Below are positions 46,185 to 56,766 of a stretch of 64,000 nt of DNA, one piece after another; the stretch's first letter is position 1, and every line of letters begins with the position of its first letter. The stretch lies in assembly GCA_031425695.1 (NCBI GenBank), contig JANPJV010000301.1:5862-69861 (forward strand), in the 5' to 3' direction. The notes beneath the pieces were generated by a model. It was not told the DNA's origin, searched no databases, and worked only from the letters and a program-made list of their open reading frames with translations. Source of the DNA: Rhodanobacteraceae bacterium. Lineage in GTDB: Bacteria; Pseudomonadota; Gammaproteobacteria; Xanthomonadales; SZUA-5. Both the position numbers and the translations under genes were made by a program.

Positions 46185-49100
46185 TTATGCCGGCTGAGCA
46201 CTCGCGGCCTCGATCGTCGAGTTCGGGATGAACTGCCAGCGCCGCCAGATCGCGTAGGCCGCCGGCAGAACAAGCAGCGTGAGGAACATGCACGCCCACA
46301 AGCCGCCGACCACGGGGGCGGCGGTACGGGCTGAAAGGTCGGCGCCGACGCCGGATTCGAACAGCAGCGGTGTCAGTCCTAGCACGGTGGTCGCCACGGT
46401 CATCAACATCGGCCGCAAACACTTCGAAGCGCCGTCGATGACAGCCGTATCGATGTCTGCGCGCTGGCGCAATTGCCCGCGTGCACGGGCGGCTTCAAAT
46501 GCCTTATCGAGATAGACGACCACAACAATGCCGGTTTGCGCCGCGACACCGCCGACCGCGATCAGCCCGACCCACACCGCAGTGGACAGGTTGTAGTCGA
46601 GCAACGCGAGCAGCCACACACTTCCGGCGATGGCAAACGGCAGGCTCATCAGCACCAGTCCGGTCTGGGCCCAACCGCGCAGCGACAGGTAGAGCAGCGC
46701 GATGATCAGAAACAGGGTCAGCGGCAAAACCACGCGCATGCGCGCTTCCATGTCCGCCAAGAATTCGTATTGTCCGGTCCACTGCAGGCTATATCCCGCC
46801 GGCAACGCCAACCGATCGCGCACCAGGCGCTTGGCGTCCTCGACCCAGCCGCCGAGATCGCGCTCAGCACTGTCGATGTCGGCGAATACGTAGCCGACGA
46901 GCACCCCGTTCTCGTCCTTGATCATCGGCGGACCGCTGACCACACGCACGTCGGCCAGAGTTCCAAGGGGTACGGTGGTGCCTCCCGACTGCCAACGGTC
47001 CCAGCCGTCGGCGGCGACAACTGCAGGCGCGCCTGATCCCATCCCGGAATCATTCATGGCCGGTGCGTTCGATCCCGATTTGCCCCCCATGCCGCCCATG
47101 TCCCCGCCGCTGGCGCGCACTTCGCTGCGTGCGGCAGGCGCGCTGCCGCGACCTGATCCCTCGCCCTCGGCAGGCATCGCGGATGCGACACGTGGAATCG
47201 CAATCGGCAGCGCGCGCAGCAATTGCGGGTCAGCGCGAAAGTCGGCGCCGTAGCGAACATTGACTGAGAAACGCGCGCGGCCATCAATGATCGTGGAGAT
47301 CGGCATGCCGCCAATGCTTGCCTCGACGTTTTCGAGGATGTCGCGCACGCTCAAGCCGAAGCGCGCGATCGCTTCCCGATCCGGCACAATGTCGATGTAC
47401 TCGCGTCCGGTCTGGCGTTCGGCGAAGGTGCTGCGCGTCCCGCTCACCTCGCGCAGCAGACCTTCGATCGCGAGGCTCACGCGCTCAATGCCGGGCAGAT
47501 CAGGGCCGAAGACCTTGATGCCCACTGGCGTGCGCACGCCCGTGGTGAGCATGTCGATGCGCGTCCGGATCGGTGGCGAAATGGCGATCTGGTAGCCTGG
47601 CATGCGCAGCGCGGCATCGAGATCGCGCGCCAGTTCGGCTTGATTGCGCGGCCCAAGCTCGGGCCAGAGCGGACGCAGCACGCCCTTGAACCATGCTGGC
47701 GCCCAGCCGCTGTACCAGCGCTGGCGCGGGACGTCGGGCCATTGCTCGCGCGGCTTCAGTACCACCACCGACTCGTTCATATCGAGTTGCGCGGGGTCGG
47801 TCGCAGTGTCCGCACGGCCGGCCTTGCCGTGCACTGACGCGACTTCGGCGAAGCCTTTGATGATGCGATGCTGTGCGCCGAGTGCTCCGCGTGCCTCCTC
47901 GATCGAAATGCCGGGAAATGTCGTCGGCATCACCAGCAGTGAACCCTCGTCGAGCGGCGGCATGAACTCCGAACCGAGACGCATGAACACCGGGACCGTG
48001 GCGAGCATGGCGAGCGCCGCGGCCAACGCCACGACCACGCGGCGGCGCACGACCATCGTCACGATGGGTCGATACAGCCGGCCGAGCACGCGATTGACCG
48101 GATTTTCCTGTTGGCCGCGTATGCGCCCGCGGAGCAGCCAAATCATCAGCGGCGGCGCCAGCGTCACCGACAGCAGCGCGGCCGCGAACATCGACAGCGT
48201 CTTCGTGTATGCCAGCGGTTCGAACAGCCGGCCGGCCTGTCCCGCCAGCGTAAAGATCGGCAGGAAGCTCACCGTGATCAACAGCAGCGAGAAGAAGATC
48301 GGTCGCCCGACTTCCTTGCAGGCGTCGATGATGATGCGGCGGCGGTCCGCGGCGGCGGGCGCAGCGGCTAGACGGGTGTGCGCGTTCTCGATCAGCACGA
48401 TCGCCGCGTCGGTCAATTCGCCAATGGCAATCGCAATGCCGCCAAGCGACATGATGTTCGAGGTGAGCCCCAGGTAGCGGATGCCGATGAAGGAGAGCAG
48501 CACGGCCAACGGCAGGATGATCATCGCGACCAGCGCAGAGCGGGCGTGCATCAGAAACACCAGGCAGATCACCGCGACGATGATCCCTTCCTCGATCAAG
48601 GTCATGCGCAGGGTAGCGATCGAACCGAGAATCAGTTCCGAACGATCGTACGTCGGTAACAGCTTCACGTTGGCCGGCAACGACAGGGTCTCGATCTGCG
48701 CCTTCACCGCGCGAATCACCTCGAGCGCGTTCGAACCGACGCGCATCACGACGATCCCGCCGACGACTTCCCCCTGACCGTTCAGGTCGGCGGTTCCGCG
48801 GCGAATCTCTGAGCCGAATTGAACGGTGGCGACGTCGCGCACGCGAATCGGCGTGCCGCCGGCGGCAACCGTCACCACGCTGAGCTCAAGATCCTGCAGC
48901 GACTTGACATAGCCGCGGCCGCGCAGCACGAACTCGCGCCCGCCCATCTCCAGAACGCGCGCGCCCACTTCACTGTTCGCATCGCGGACTGCCCGCGAGA
49001 CATCGAGCGGGGTCACGTTGAAGGCGACCAGCTTTGCCGGGTCAAGCAGGATCTGATACTGACGCTCGAATCCGCCCATAGACGCAACTTCGGCGACGCC

Positions 49101-49616
49101 CTTCACGCCCTGCAATGCCGGACGGATGGTGAAGTCCTGCAATGCACGCAGCTCGGCCAGGTCCATGCGGCCCGAGGTGTCCTCGATCGCATACTGGTAG
49201 ATCCAGCCGACGCCACTCGCATCCGGGCCCAAGGTGGGTACTACACCGGGGGGAATCGATTGCTGCGCGCGGCCGATCTGTTCCAGGACGCGGGTACGTG
49301 CCCAATAGATGTCGGTGTCGTCTTCGAAGATCGCATAGATGAAGCTCATGCCGAACATCGAATAGCCGCGGACGGTACGGACGCCGGGCGTGCTCTGCAG
49401 CGCGCGCACCAGCGGATAGGTGATCTGGTCCTCGACCAGGTCGGGACTGCGTCCCATCCACTCGGAAAATACGATCACCTGCGGATCGGATAGGTCGGGG
49501 ATCGCGTCGAGCGGCGTCTTGCGTACGCAGTCGACCGCCCACAATGCGAGCAGCAAGGTCGCGCCGAAGACGATCCAGCGGTGTTGGGCCGACCATTCGA
49601 TGACGCGCTCGATCAC
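46185..49616 (-). CDS. cusA: CusA/CzcA-family RND pump, second copy, with a Met/Gly-rich periplasmic insertion
   Basis: 1143 aa, collinear with the first CusA except for an extra segment of about 70-75 aa (46975-47190). Confidence 0.9.
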   Translation of the reverse strand: MIERVIEWSAQHRWIVFGATLLLALWAVDCVRKTPLDAIPDLSDPQVIVFSEWMGRSPDLVEDQITYPLVRALQSTPGVRTVRGYSMFGMSFIYAIFEDDTDIYWARTRVLEQIGRAQQSIPPGVVPTLGPDASGVGWIYQYAIEDTSGRMDLAELRALQDFTIRPALQGVKGVAEVASMGGFERQYQILLDPAKLVAFNVTPLDVSRAVRDANSEVGARVLEMGGREFVLRGRGYVKSLQDLELSVVTVAAGGTPIRVRDVATVQFGSEIRRGTADLNGQGEVVGGIVVMRVGSNALEVIRAVKAQIETLSLPANVKLLPTYDRSELILGSIATLRMTLIEEGIIVAVICLVFLMHARSALVAMIILPLAVLLSFIGIRYLGLTSNIMSLGGIAIAIGELTDAAIVLIENAHTRLAAAPAAADRRRIIIDACKEVGRPIFFSLLLITVSFLPIFTLAGQAGRLFEPLAYTKTLSMFAAALLSVTLAPPLMIWLLRGRIRGQQENPVNRVLGRLYRPIVTMVVRRRVVVALAAALAMLATVPVFMRLGSEFMPPLDEGSLLVMPTTFPGISIEEARGALGAQHRIIKGFAEVASVHGKAGRADTATDPAQLDMNESVVVLKPREQWPDVPRQRWYSGWAPAWFKGVLRPLWPELGPRNQAELARDLDAALRMPGYQIAISPPIRTRIDMLTTGVRTPVGIKVFGPDLPGIERVSLAIEGLLREVSGTRSTFAERQTGREYIDIVPDREAIARFGLSVRDILENVEASIGGMPISTIIDGRARFSVNVRYGADFRADPQLLRALPIAIPRVASAMPAEGEGSGRGSAPAARSEVRASGGDMGGMGGKSGSNAPAMNDSGMGSGAPAVVAADGWDRWQSGGTTVPLGTLADVRVVSGPPMIKDENGVLVGYVFADIDSAERDLGGWVEDAKRLVRDRLALPAGYSLQWTGQYEFLADMEARMRVVLPLTLFLIIALLYLSLRGWAQTGLVLMSLPFAIAGSVWLLALLDYNLSTAVWVGLIAVGGVAAQTGIVVVVYLDKAFEAARARGQLRQRADIDTAVIDGASKCLRPMLMTVATTVLGLTPLLFESGVGADLSARTAAPVVGGLWACMFLTLLVLPAAYAIWRRWQFIPNSTIEAASAQPA

Positions 49617-49626
49617 GGTCAGTCAC

Positions 49627-50883
49627 TCATCGATTGTCGTGATTCGGATGTTGTGCCGGCAGATTTGACGCGGGTTGTGGGTTCGCGTCGGCGCGAGGCG
49701 GCGCATCGCGAGGCCCTGTAGTCGAGTGCCCCGAGTGCCCGGTACTCCCCGAGGCACGCAAGCGGCTTTCAGAATCGATCAGGAACACCCCGCTCGAAAC
49801 CACTTGCTCGTCGGGTGCCAACCCAGTCGTCACCTCGATGCGTTCGCCGATACGGACACCGATCTTGATGTCGCGTGGCTTGAACGCGCCGGAAGCGGCG
49901 CGCACGAATACGAGGTGAGCATCCCCGGTATAGATCACGGCATCCCGGGCGACGGTCAGTACCTCGCGCGGCGCCGCCGCGAATTCGGCGGTGCCATACG
50001 AACCGGGACGAAGTTGGCCATCGTCGTTGGGCACGCGCAGACGCACTCTCCCGGTGCGCGAGCCCTCGCTCAACGCTGGATAGACAAAGTCGACAGTTGC
50101 CACGAATGGCGCACGACCTGACCCTGGAAAGCTGAGTGTTGCCGTGAGTCCAGGCCGGACCCGTGGCATATCAGCCTCGGCAATCTCGGCAATGACCCAT
50201 ACCTGCGAAAAATCGGCAATCGTCACGATCTCCGTGGACGGGTCGACGGCTGTGCCGACGCTGACGCCACGGCGCAGGACGACACCGGCGCGGGGCGACG
50301 TCAGCATGACCAGGCGACGCGGTTGCTGCGATTTTTCGATCCGGGAAATCTCTGCCTCGCTCATGCCCAGCACCCTGAGCCGAGCGCGCCCGGCGGCAAT
50401 CACCGCGCTGTCGGGACCGCGTTGTGCCTGCCGCAACGCCGCCAGATACTCAAGCTGCGACGAATAAAGTTCCTGCGAGAACACCGCCGCCAAGCGCTCG
50501 CCAGCGCGCACGTTTTCGCCGGTGGTGTTGACGAACAGCTCCTCGATCCAGCCGGCGACACGGGTATGCACATGGCTGATGCGCGACTCATCGGCGACGA
50601 CGGTTGCGACTGCTCGCAATGGAGCGCTGAGCGACTCCAGGCGCACCGGTTCGAGCTGGATACCCAACACATCAAGCTGGGCTGCCGCCAATTCAATCTC
50701 GGTGCGGGCGTTTGCGTTCGGCTGCGCCACCGCAGGTGGCGGCACCGTCGGCGCTGGTTCCACGTGTTGAGTCGCAAACGGCCAGCTCGCACGTCGGTCC
50801 TGAACAACCAGGAAGCCGGCGAAGACCACCGCCGTGATCAACGCGCCGGCAAGTGCACTTCGCCCACGGGGTCCAATAGTCAT
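49627..50883 (-). CDS. cusB: RND periplasmic adaptor (CusB type), second copy
   Basis: ATGA overlap with cusC2. Adaptor core ('ISHVHTRVAGWIEELFV'). His-rich C-terminal tail. Confidence 0.85.
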   Translation of the reverse strand: MTIGPRGRSALAGALITAVVFAGFLVVQDRRASWPFATQHVEPAPTVPPPAVAQPNANARTEIELAAAQLDVLGIQLEPVRLESLSAPLRAVATVVADESRISHVHTRVAGWIEELFVNTTGENVRAGERLAAVFSQELYSSQLEYLAALRQAQRGPDSAVIAAGRARLRVLGMSEAEISRIEKSQQPRRLVMLTSPRAGVVLRRGVSVGTAVDPSTEIVTIADFSQVWVIAEIAEADMPRVRPGLTATLSFPGSGRAPFVATVDFVYPALSEGSRTGRVRLRVPNDDGQLRPGSYGTAEFAAAPREVLTVARDAVIYTGDAHLVFVRAASGAFKPRDIKIGVRIGERIEVTTGLAPDEQVVSSGVFLIDSESRLRASGSTGHSGHSTTGPRDAPPRADANPQPASNLPAQHPNHDNR

Positions 50884-52181
50884 CGCGGCGACTCGGGAGT
50901 TTGTCCGGAGGCACGTATGAGCTTGGCCCATGCCTCGGCCAGAGCGGATTCGGCCATCACCAATTCGGCGCGCACTTCCCATAACGCGCGCGCTGATTCA
51001 ATGACCGCTGCCAATGTGCCCTGGGCGGCACGGTAGCCGGCGAGCGCTGCGTCGACAGACGCGGCAGCGCGCGGCACGACATCGCTCTCCAGCATAAGCA
51101 CTTGAATGCGCGCGGCGCTGACCAGCTCGCGCGTCTGCACGGCTTCACCCGCAACCATGAGTTGCATCGCCTGCAATTCGGCTTGTGCCATGCGTTCCAT
51201 GGCCTTGGCCTCGGCGACGCCGGCGCGCAATCGACTCCGACCGATCGGAAGACTGACACCGAACATGAGCATTGCGCCCGGGCCCTCGGCCATGGTCGAG
51301 GCGCGCCCAACACGAACCGTTGCCATCGGCGCGTACATGGCGCGCATGACATCGATCTCGGCAGCCGCGCGCTCGATTTCTGCGGCCCCGGCGTGCAGCT
51401 CCGGCCGGTGTCCCAACGCCTGCGTGCGCAACCAGGCCGGCACCGGTGGTTCGTCGCGCCGCACCGAATAGTCGAACACCGGAATGCCGGCCTCAGGAGC
51501 GCGGCCGAGACTCGCGTTCAGCATCGCTTCGGCGGCGCGGATTTCGGCTACGAGCGATTGTTGCGTTGCCTGCGCGCGCGCCACTTCGACCTCAGCGCGC
51601 AGGATGTCAGCTTGCGTGCCGGTGCCGCTGCTGTAGCGAGCGCTCGCGGCATCGACGAGCTGCCGCGAGAGTTTGACCCGTTGCTCGATGACCAAGGACA
51701 TCTGCCGGCGCTCGTGCAGCATGAAGAAGGCGCGTTGCGCGGTAACCGCCACGTCCAATTGCGCCAATTCGACGTCGGCGAGAGCCCGCTTGGCTTCGGC
51801 CTGTGCCGCGCGGCGGCGGTGACCGAGCAAACGCGACAATGGGAATCGCTGCTCGACGGCGATGCTCCAGTCGTAGCGACGGCCGCCGTCGTCCTCCTCC
51901 ATCATCGAAAACGGATAATGGTCGACCGCCGGCGACAGCATGGGATCCTCGAGCGCGCCGACGATGTCCGGGCGCTGCGCGAGCGCCTCGGCGCGCGCAC
52001 TCATCGCAACGATTTCGCGGCGATTCTCGCGTGCAATGCGGATTGCCGCCGCGAGCGTGAACGGCGTCGGTAGCGACCCTGGACCCGGCGCTGCTGTCTC
52101 GGCGCCGGCGGCGACGTTCATCAGCAGGCTGAGCCCGAGCAGGAGCAAGCAACAGCCGCGCGACAACGCGGAATCGCTCAT
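50880..52181 (-). CDS. cusC: TolC-family outer-membrane efflux protein (CusC type), second copy
   Basis: AGGAG 7 nt before ATG 52181. Signal peptide. TolC repeats. Confidence 0.8.
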   Translation of the reverse strand: MSDSALSRGCCLLLLGLSLLMNVAAGAETAAPGPGSLPTPFTLAAAIRIARENRREIVAMSARAEALAQRPDIVGALEDPMLSPAVDHYPFSMMEEDDGGRRYDWSIAVEQRFPLSRLLGHRRRAAQAEAKRALADVELAQLDVAVTAQRAFFMLHERRQMSLVIEQRVKLSRQLVDAASARYSSGTGTQADILRAEVEVARAQATQQSLVAEIRAAEAMLNASLGRAPEAGIPVFDYSVRRDEPPVPAWLRTQALGHRPELHAGAAEIERAAAEIDVMRAMYAPMATVRVGRASTMAEGPGAMLMFGVSLPIGRSRLRAGVAEAKAMERMAQAELQAMQLMVAGEAVQTRELVSAARIQVLMLESDVVPRAAASVDAALAGYRAAQGTLAAVIESARALWEVRAELVMAESALAEAWAKLIRASGQTPESPR

Positions 52182-52271
52182 GATCAATCTCCTGCGATGC
52201 TGGGAAGTACAGCCGGATGAAATTGCCATGCCGCGATGCGGCTACGGCGACTTCCTTTCAGGCCGCATAAG

Positions 52272-52298
52272 GTGTCTCGCGAAGGATCCGCGAGACAC
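52272..52298 (-). terminator. Perfect 10-bp hairpin between the small ORF and cusC2
   Basis: GTGTCTCGCG-N7-CGCGAGACAC. No U-tract, so it could be an attenuator or processing site rather than a terminator. Confidence 0.4.
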
Positions 52299-52321
52299 TG
52301 GTCACCAGGACCACTAAACCT

Positions 52322-52732
52322 TCAAGGCTTGTCGAGCTCGACGGTGTCGTTGACTTTGAGCTCGCCGCCGATGATTTCCGCGACTGAGTAATGATCATCA
52401 AATATTGTCGCGATGCGGACCGATCCGATGTTCTTCCGGGTAAAGTTTGGAATGGTGCGTTTGGGTGAGTACGGTCCCGGCTCATGCCTGATGACCTGAA
52501 GCACCTGGCCTACTTCGGCGCCATCGCGACTACCAATGCAGATCGTCACGGTTTTGTCTTTTACTTCCAATACCTGACCCTGCATGAAAAACTCATGTTT
52601 CAAGGAGCCGGCCATGGCCGAGGTCGAGATGCTGAGAACGCCAATGAGTGCGACGGCGGCAAGCCCGCGCGACCAAGACGCAACGATGGATTTAGCAAAG
52701 CTGGAAGGGGACGAGTTGGCGTTCACAAACAT
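52322..52732 (-). CDS. Exported small protein of unknown function, first gene of the cus2 cluster
   Basis: Signal-like 'GLAAVALIGVLSISTSAMA'. Beta-rich body. Lower GC than its surroundings. Start is ATG 52732 or GTG 52726. Confidence 0.55.
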   Translation of the reverse strand: MFVNANSSPSSFAKSIVASWSRGLAAVALIGVLSISTSAMAGSLKHEFFMQGQVLEVKDKTVTICIGSRDGAEVGQVLQVIRHEPGPYSPKRTIPNFTRKNIGSVRIATIFDDHYSVAEIIGGELKVNDTVELDKP

Positions 52733-52826
52733 CTCCTGACTGGATCGGCCAATGCGGATGCATGGGATTCGGTTTAGATCATGCCGATAGCCATGCTGTG
52801 GCCCTTTGATCCAGGTCAACTCCCGC

Positions 52827-53300
52827 TCATTGCTCCAAAAATCGGCGATACCTCATCGCCGGTGCGACTGGGCTTTCCAATTGATCCAGATCAAGTTGCT
52901 TTGGACACATCTCATGAAGATCTTGCCCATCCGAAAAAACCTGAGGGCGCTCCAAAAGCCCAACGATATCGTTTGGAGCAAGTCCATAGGACCCACCGAG
53001 ATTGGGCACCGCCCTGAGAGTGTGAAGGAAGGTCAGAACAAGTCCATCCTGGCCTTGTTCAGACACGCTCTACAAAAAGCGTGGTTTTTGTTTCGCTTGA
53101 TTTTCAATGACTTGCACCATCGAAAAATGGCGGCACATCCATGTGCCGCGCGGAACCTCTGACTTGTTCAGAGGTTCCTTAAATTGGCCGGTGATATCCG
53201 TCTGAGCAAACATCGCAGCAGGAGATTGCGCTTGGATCCACGTCAATCCCCACCGGTGCGCGGCTTCAGCGGCCGCATGCGTGCCGCGATCACGGTGCAT
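52827..53300 (-). pseudogene. Low-GC ORF of about 157 codons interrupted by one in-frame TAG (family unknown)
   Basis: ORFs 53070-53300 and 52827-53066 are in the same frame, separated only by TAG (53070-53072) plus one codon. Confidence 0.3.
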
Positions 53301-53321
53301 GGCTCATGGCCGGCGCCGACT

Positions 53322-53891
53322 TCAGTGTTCCGCAAAGGCCGATAGGGAGCCGTCACGACTCACGAGTTCGACGGTGTAAGGCTGCGTGCGGCCATCCGGC
53401 GTTTCCATGCCCGGCGAGCCCAGCGGCATGCCGGGTAGAACCAGCCCCTTTGCGTCGGGCCTTTCCTGCAGCAACCGCTTGATGTCCGATGCCGGCACGT
53501 GCCCTTCGACAAAGTAATCGCCGACCTGCGCCGTGTGGCAGGAGCCCTTTCCTACGGGCACGCCGACGCTTTCCTTGATCGGGTTGAGATCGTCGGTCTT
53601 GCGCTCCTCCACTTTGAAGCCAGCGGCGCGCATGTGCTCCACCCAGAGCCCGCAGCAACCGCAGCTCGCGCTCTTGTGAACCACGACCGCGGGCAATTCG
53701 TCCATGGCATCTGCCAACGGGGGTGCCTGCGATGTGCTTTCAGTGACCGGCACTGACTCAGTCTGCGCGACAGCCGTCGGAGCGCTCGACGGCGCGCCAT
53801 TTCCGTCGGGCGCGCGTGCGCAAGCTGATCCCAAAAGGCTCGCCGCGAGAAGGCCCAGCATGATTTTCGATTTTGGGTTCATAGGACGCAT
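53322..53891 (-). CDS. copG: DUF411 (CopG-type) periplasmic metal-binding protein
   Basis: GGAGG 5 nt before the ATG. Signal peptide. 'CGCCGLW' and 'GSCHT...VEGHVP...PGMPLGSPGME' are DUF411 signatures. Confidence 0.8.
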   Translation of the reverse strand: MRPMNPKSKIMLGLLAASLLGSACARAPDGNGAPSSAPTAVAQTESVPVTESTSQAPPLADAMDELPAVVVHKSASCGCCGLWVEHMRAAGFKVEERKTDDLNPIKESVGVPVGKGSCHTAQVGDYFVEGHVPASDIKRLLQERPDAKGLVLPGMPLGSPGMETPDGRTQPYTVELVSRDGSLSAFAEH

Positions 53892-53996
53892 GTGTTCCTC
53901 CGTATCCATCAATTCGTGAGGCATAAGGTACATTGCCGCGGGAAATCCAGCCTTGATCCTCGTCAACGAGCCCACCGATGGGATCGGGCGTCAACT

Positions 53997-56342
53997 TCAC
54001 GACCTCAAGCGCAGCGCGTTGGCAACGACACTCACAGAGGACAAGCTCATCGCCAGTGCCGCAATCATCGGGCTCAAGAGAAGCCCGAAAGTCGGGTAGA
54101 GCAGACCGGCTGCAATGGGTACGCCGAGGGCGTTGTAGGCGAAGGCGAAGGCCAGGTTCTGCTTCATGTTCGCGACCGTCGCTTCGGAGATTTCGCGCGC
54201 TCTCAAGATGCCGCGCAGATCACCCTTGACCAGCGTGATCTGGGCGCTCGACATGGCCACGTCGGTGCCGGTGCCCATGGCGATGCCGACATCGGCCGCG
54301 GCGAGAGCCGGCGCGTCGTTGATGCCGTCGCCAGCCATGGCAACTCGACGTCCCTGCGCTTTCAGCTTCGCCACCAGATCGGCCTTGTCCTTCGGCCGGA
54401 CCTCTCCATGGACCTCGTCGATGACGCCGAGCGTTTTGGCCACCGCCTCGGCGGTGGTCTTGCCGTCGCCGGTGGCCATGACGATGCGCAGTCCGGCCGC
54501 TTTCAATGCGGTGACCGCAGCCAGGGTGGTGTCCTTGATCGGGTCCGCGACGGCGAGTAGACCCACTGCGCGCCCGTTGACGGCAAGGAACATGGCGCTG
54601 GCACCGTCGCTGCGCAGACGCTCGGCGGCGTCCTTGAGCTCGCTGACATCGGCGCCCACCTGCTGCATCAACGCGGTGTTTCCAAGTGCCAGCTGCTGCG
54701 CGCCGACGCGTCCGCGAACACCGATGCCGGTCGCGGATTCGAATTCCGTCGCCGTCTCCAGCGCGAGCCCTCGGCTCCGAGCCTCGGCGACGATGGCATC
54801 CGCCAGTGGATGCTCGCTGCCCTGATCCAGGCTCGCGGCCAGGCGCAGGACTTCTTCCGACGCCATGCCCTTCACCGCGATCACTTCCCGGAATGCGGGC
54901 TTGCCCTGGGTCAGCGTGCCGGTCTTGTCGACGATCAACGTATCGATGGTACGCATGCGCTCGATCGCCTCGGCATCGCGAAACAGCACGCCGGCCTGCG
55001 CGGCGCGGCCGGTCGCGACCATGATCGACATCGGCGTGGCGAGGCCCAGGGCACAAGGACACGCAATGATGAGCACCGCCACCGCGTTGACCACCGCAAA
55101 CGTCCATGAGGGTTCAGGACCAAAGAGGCCCCAGATGACAAAGGTCGCGACCGCGATGGCCAGCACGGCCAGGACAAACCAGAAGCTGACCTTGTCGGCC
55201 ATGCGCTGCATTGGCGCGCGGGAGCGCTGGGCCTGGGCGACCAGTTGGACGATCTGGGCAAGCACGGTCTCCGAGCCAACTTTTTCAGCGCGGATGACCA
55301 GGCTGCCATTGCCGTTCATGGTGGCCCCGATGACCTTGTCGCCCGGGTGCTTCTCGACCGGAATCGGTTCGCCCGTCAGCATGGATTCGTCGACGCTCGA
55401 TTGGCCCTCGATGACCACGCCGTCGACGGGCACCTTTTCCCCAGGACGCACGCGCAGGCGGTCGCCCAGGTGTACGTGGCTGAGCTCAATATCCTCCTCA
55501 CTGCCATCGTCTCGCAGGCGCCGCGCCGTCTTCGGTGCCAGCCCGAGCAGTGCCTTGATCGCGGCTGACGTACTCGAACGCGCCTTGAGCTCCAGCAACT
55601 GGCCGAGCAGCGTCAGCGAAACGATGATGGCCGCGGCTTCGAAATAGACGTTGACGCGTCCATGTTCGCGGAACGATGCCGGGAAAAGATCCGGCGCCAA
55701 CGCCGCAACCATACTGTAGGTGTAGGCCGCCCCGACCCCGGTGCCGATGAGGGTCCACATATTCGGGCTGCGGTTGGCGATGGATTGCGTCCAGCGCACG
55801 AAAAACGGCCAGCCAGCCCAAAGCACCACCGGAGTCGACAGCACGAACTCGATCCAGGTCCGTGTGCCTGGCGACAGGGTTCCGATCTGATGCCCGACCA
55901 TGGCGATCGCCAGCACGATCAATGACAAGGGCAAAGTCCACCAGAAGCGGCGGCGGAAATCGACCAGCTCTGGACTCTCGTCATCGTCGAGCGTCGGCAT
56001 CAAGGGTTCGAGCGCCATGCCGCAGATCGGGCAGGATCCAGGGTGGTCCTGGAGGATCTGCGGGTGCATCGGGCAGGTGTACTGGGTACCCGCTGGCGCC
56101 GGGGGCCCGGCTTCCGAGATCGTGGCCTTGGCATCGCGCGCGATCAAATAGCGCCCGGGATCAGCCACGAATTTGCTGCGGCATCCCGCCGAACAGAACC
56201 GATAGTCGTGTCCGTTGTGCGCCGCCTGCAGTGGCGCATCGGCCGCAACTGTCATTCCACATACCGGGTCGATAACCTTGGGAGAGTCGGGGTTGGGCTG
56301 ATGCGCGTGGTGCTCGTGGCTGCCGTGGTGAGCGCTATTCAT
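53997..56342 (-). CDS. copA: Copper-translocating P1B-type ATPase
   Basis: 'TGEP', 'CPC', 'DKTGTLT', 'GDGINDAP'. ATGA overlap with the cueR stop. N-terminus carries TRASH/YHS-like and CPxH...CPxCGM metal motifs. Confidence 0.92.
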   Translation of the reverse strand: MNSAHHGSHEHHAHQPNPDSPKVIDPVCGMTVAADAPLQAAHNGHDYRFCSAGCRSKFVADPGRYLIARDAKATISEAGPPAPAGTQYTCPMHPQILQDHPGSCPICGMALEPLMPTLDDDESPELVDFRRRFWWTLPLSLIVLAIAMVGHQIGTLSPGTRTWIEFVLSTPVVLWAGWPFFVRWTQSIANRSPNMWTLIGTGVGAAYTYSMVAALAPDLFPASFREHGRVNVYFEAAAIIVSLTLLGQLLELKARSSTSAAIKALLGLAPKTARRLRDDGSEEDIELSHVHLGDRLRVRPGEKVPVDGVVIEGQSSVDESMLTGEPIPVEKHPGDKVIGATMNGNGSLVIRAEKVGSETVLAQIVQLVAQAQRSRAPMQRMADKVSFWFVLAVLAIAVATFVIWGLFGPEPSWTFAVVNAVAVLIIACPCALGLATPMSIMVATGRAAQAGVLFRDAEAIERMRTIDTLIVDKTGTLTQGKPAFREVIAVKGMASEEVLRLAASLDQGSEHPLADAIVAEARSRGLALETATEFESATGIGVRGRVGAQQLALGNTALMQQVGADVSELKDAAERLRSDGASAMFLAVNGRAVGLLAVADPIKDTTLAAVTALKAAGLRIVMATGDGKTTAEAVAKTLGVIDEVHGEVRPKDKADLVAKLKAQGRRVAMAGDGINDAPALAAADVGIAMGTGTDVAMSSAQITLVKGDLRGILRAREISEATVANMKQNLAFAFAYNALGVPIAAGLLYPTFGLLLSPMIAALAMSLSSVSVVANALRLRS

Positions 56343-56734
56343 GTCCCGATCTCCCGGGTCAACGCATTGAGGATTGGACACGCGTCCGCTCGGCCGTGAC
56401 CCGGGCAGGCTTTGATCAGCGTGCTCAGGCCGCGGCGGATGGACTCGAGCTCTGCAATCCGGCGGTCGACATCGGCAAGCCGCACCTCCGCGGCCTGCTT
56501 GACGCGGGCGATGTCCTGCTCGTCGCTGAGGGTCAGCAGTCCCCGGATTTCCTCGAGCGTAAATCCGAGGAGCTTTGCGCGCCGGATGAACTGGAGTCGC
56601 TTGAGCTGGATCTCGCCGTATTGCCGATAGCCGGAGCTTTGACGTCCGGCCGGTTCCAGCAGCCCATCCCGTTCGTAGTAGCGCACCGTGTCGACGGCTA
56701 CATTTCCACGCTTCGCCAGTTCACCGATTTTCAT
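56339..56734 (-). CDS. cueR: Cu(I)-responsive MerR-family regulator
   Basis: '[26 protein letters not shown]' and C-terminal '[12 protein letters not shown]' (the CueR Cys pair). Confidence 0.85.
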   Translation of the reverse strand: MKIGELAKRGNVAVDTVRYYERDGLLEPAGRQSSGYRQYGEIQLKRLQFIRRAKLLGFTLEEIRGLLTLSDEQDIARVKQAAEVRLADVDRRIAELESIRRGLSTLIKACPGHGRADACPILNALTREIGT

Positions 56735-56766
56735 GATCGCGTCCGCACCAAGTGGATGTTGCGACC

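Noticed and set aside
53070-53300. Cupredoxin-like 'GTWMCRHFSMVQVIE' (C-x-H-x-x-M) in the low-GC ORF
   Set aside because: The loop spacing is shorter than in known type-1 Cu sites. No convincing upstream His ligand or beta-sandwich-length sequence is present, and the frame is interrupted by TAG.
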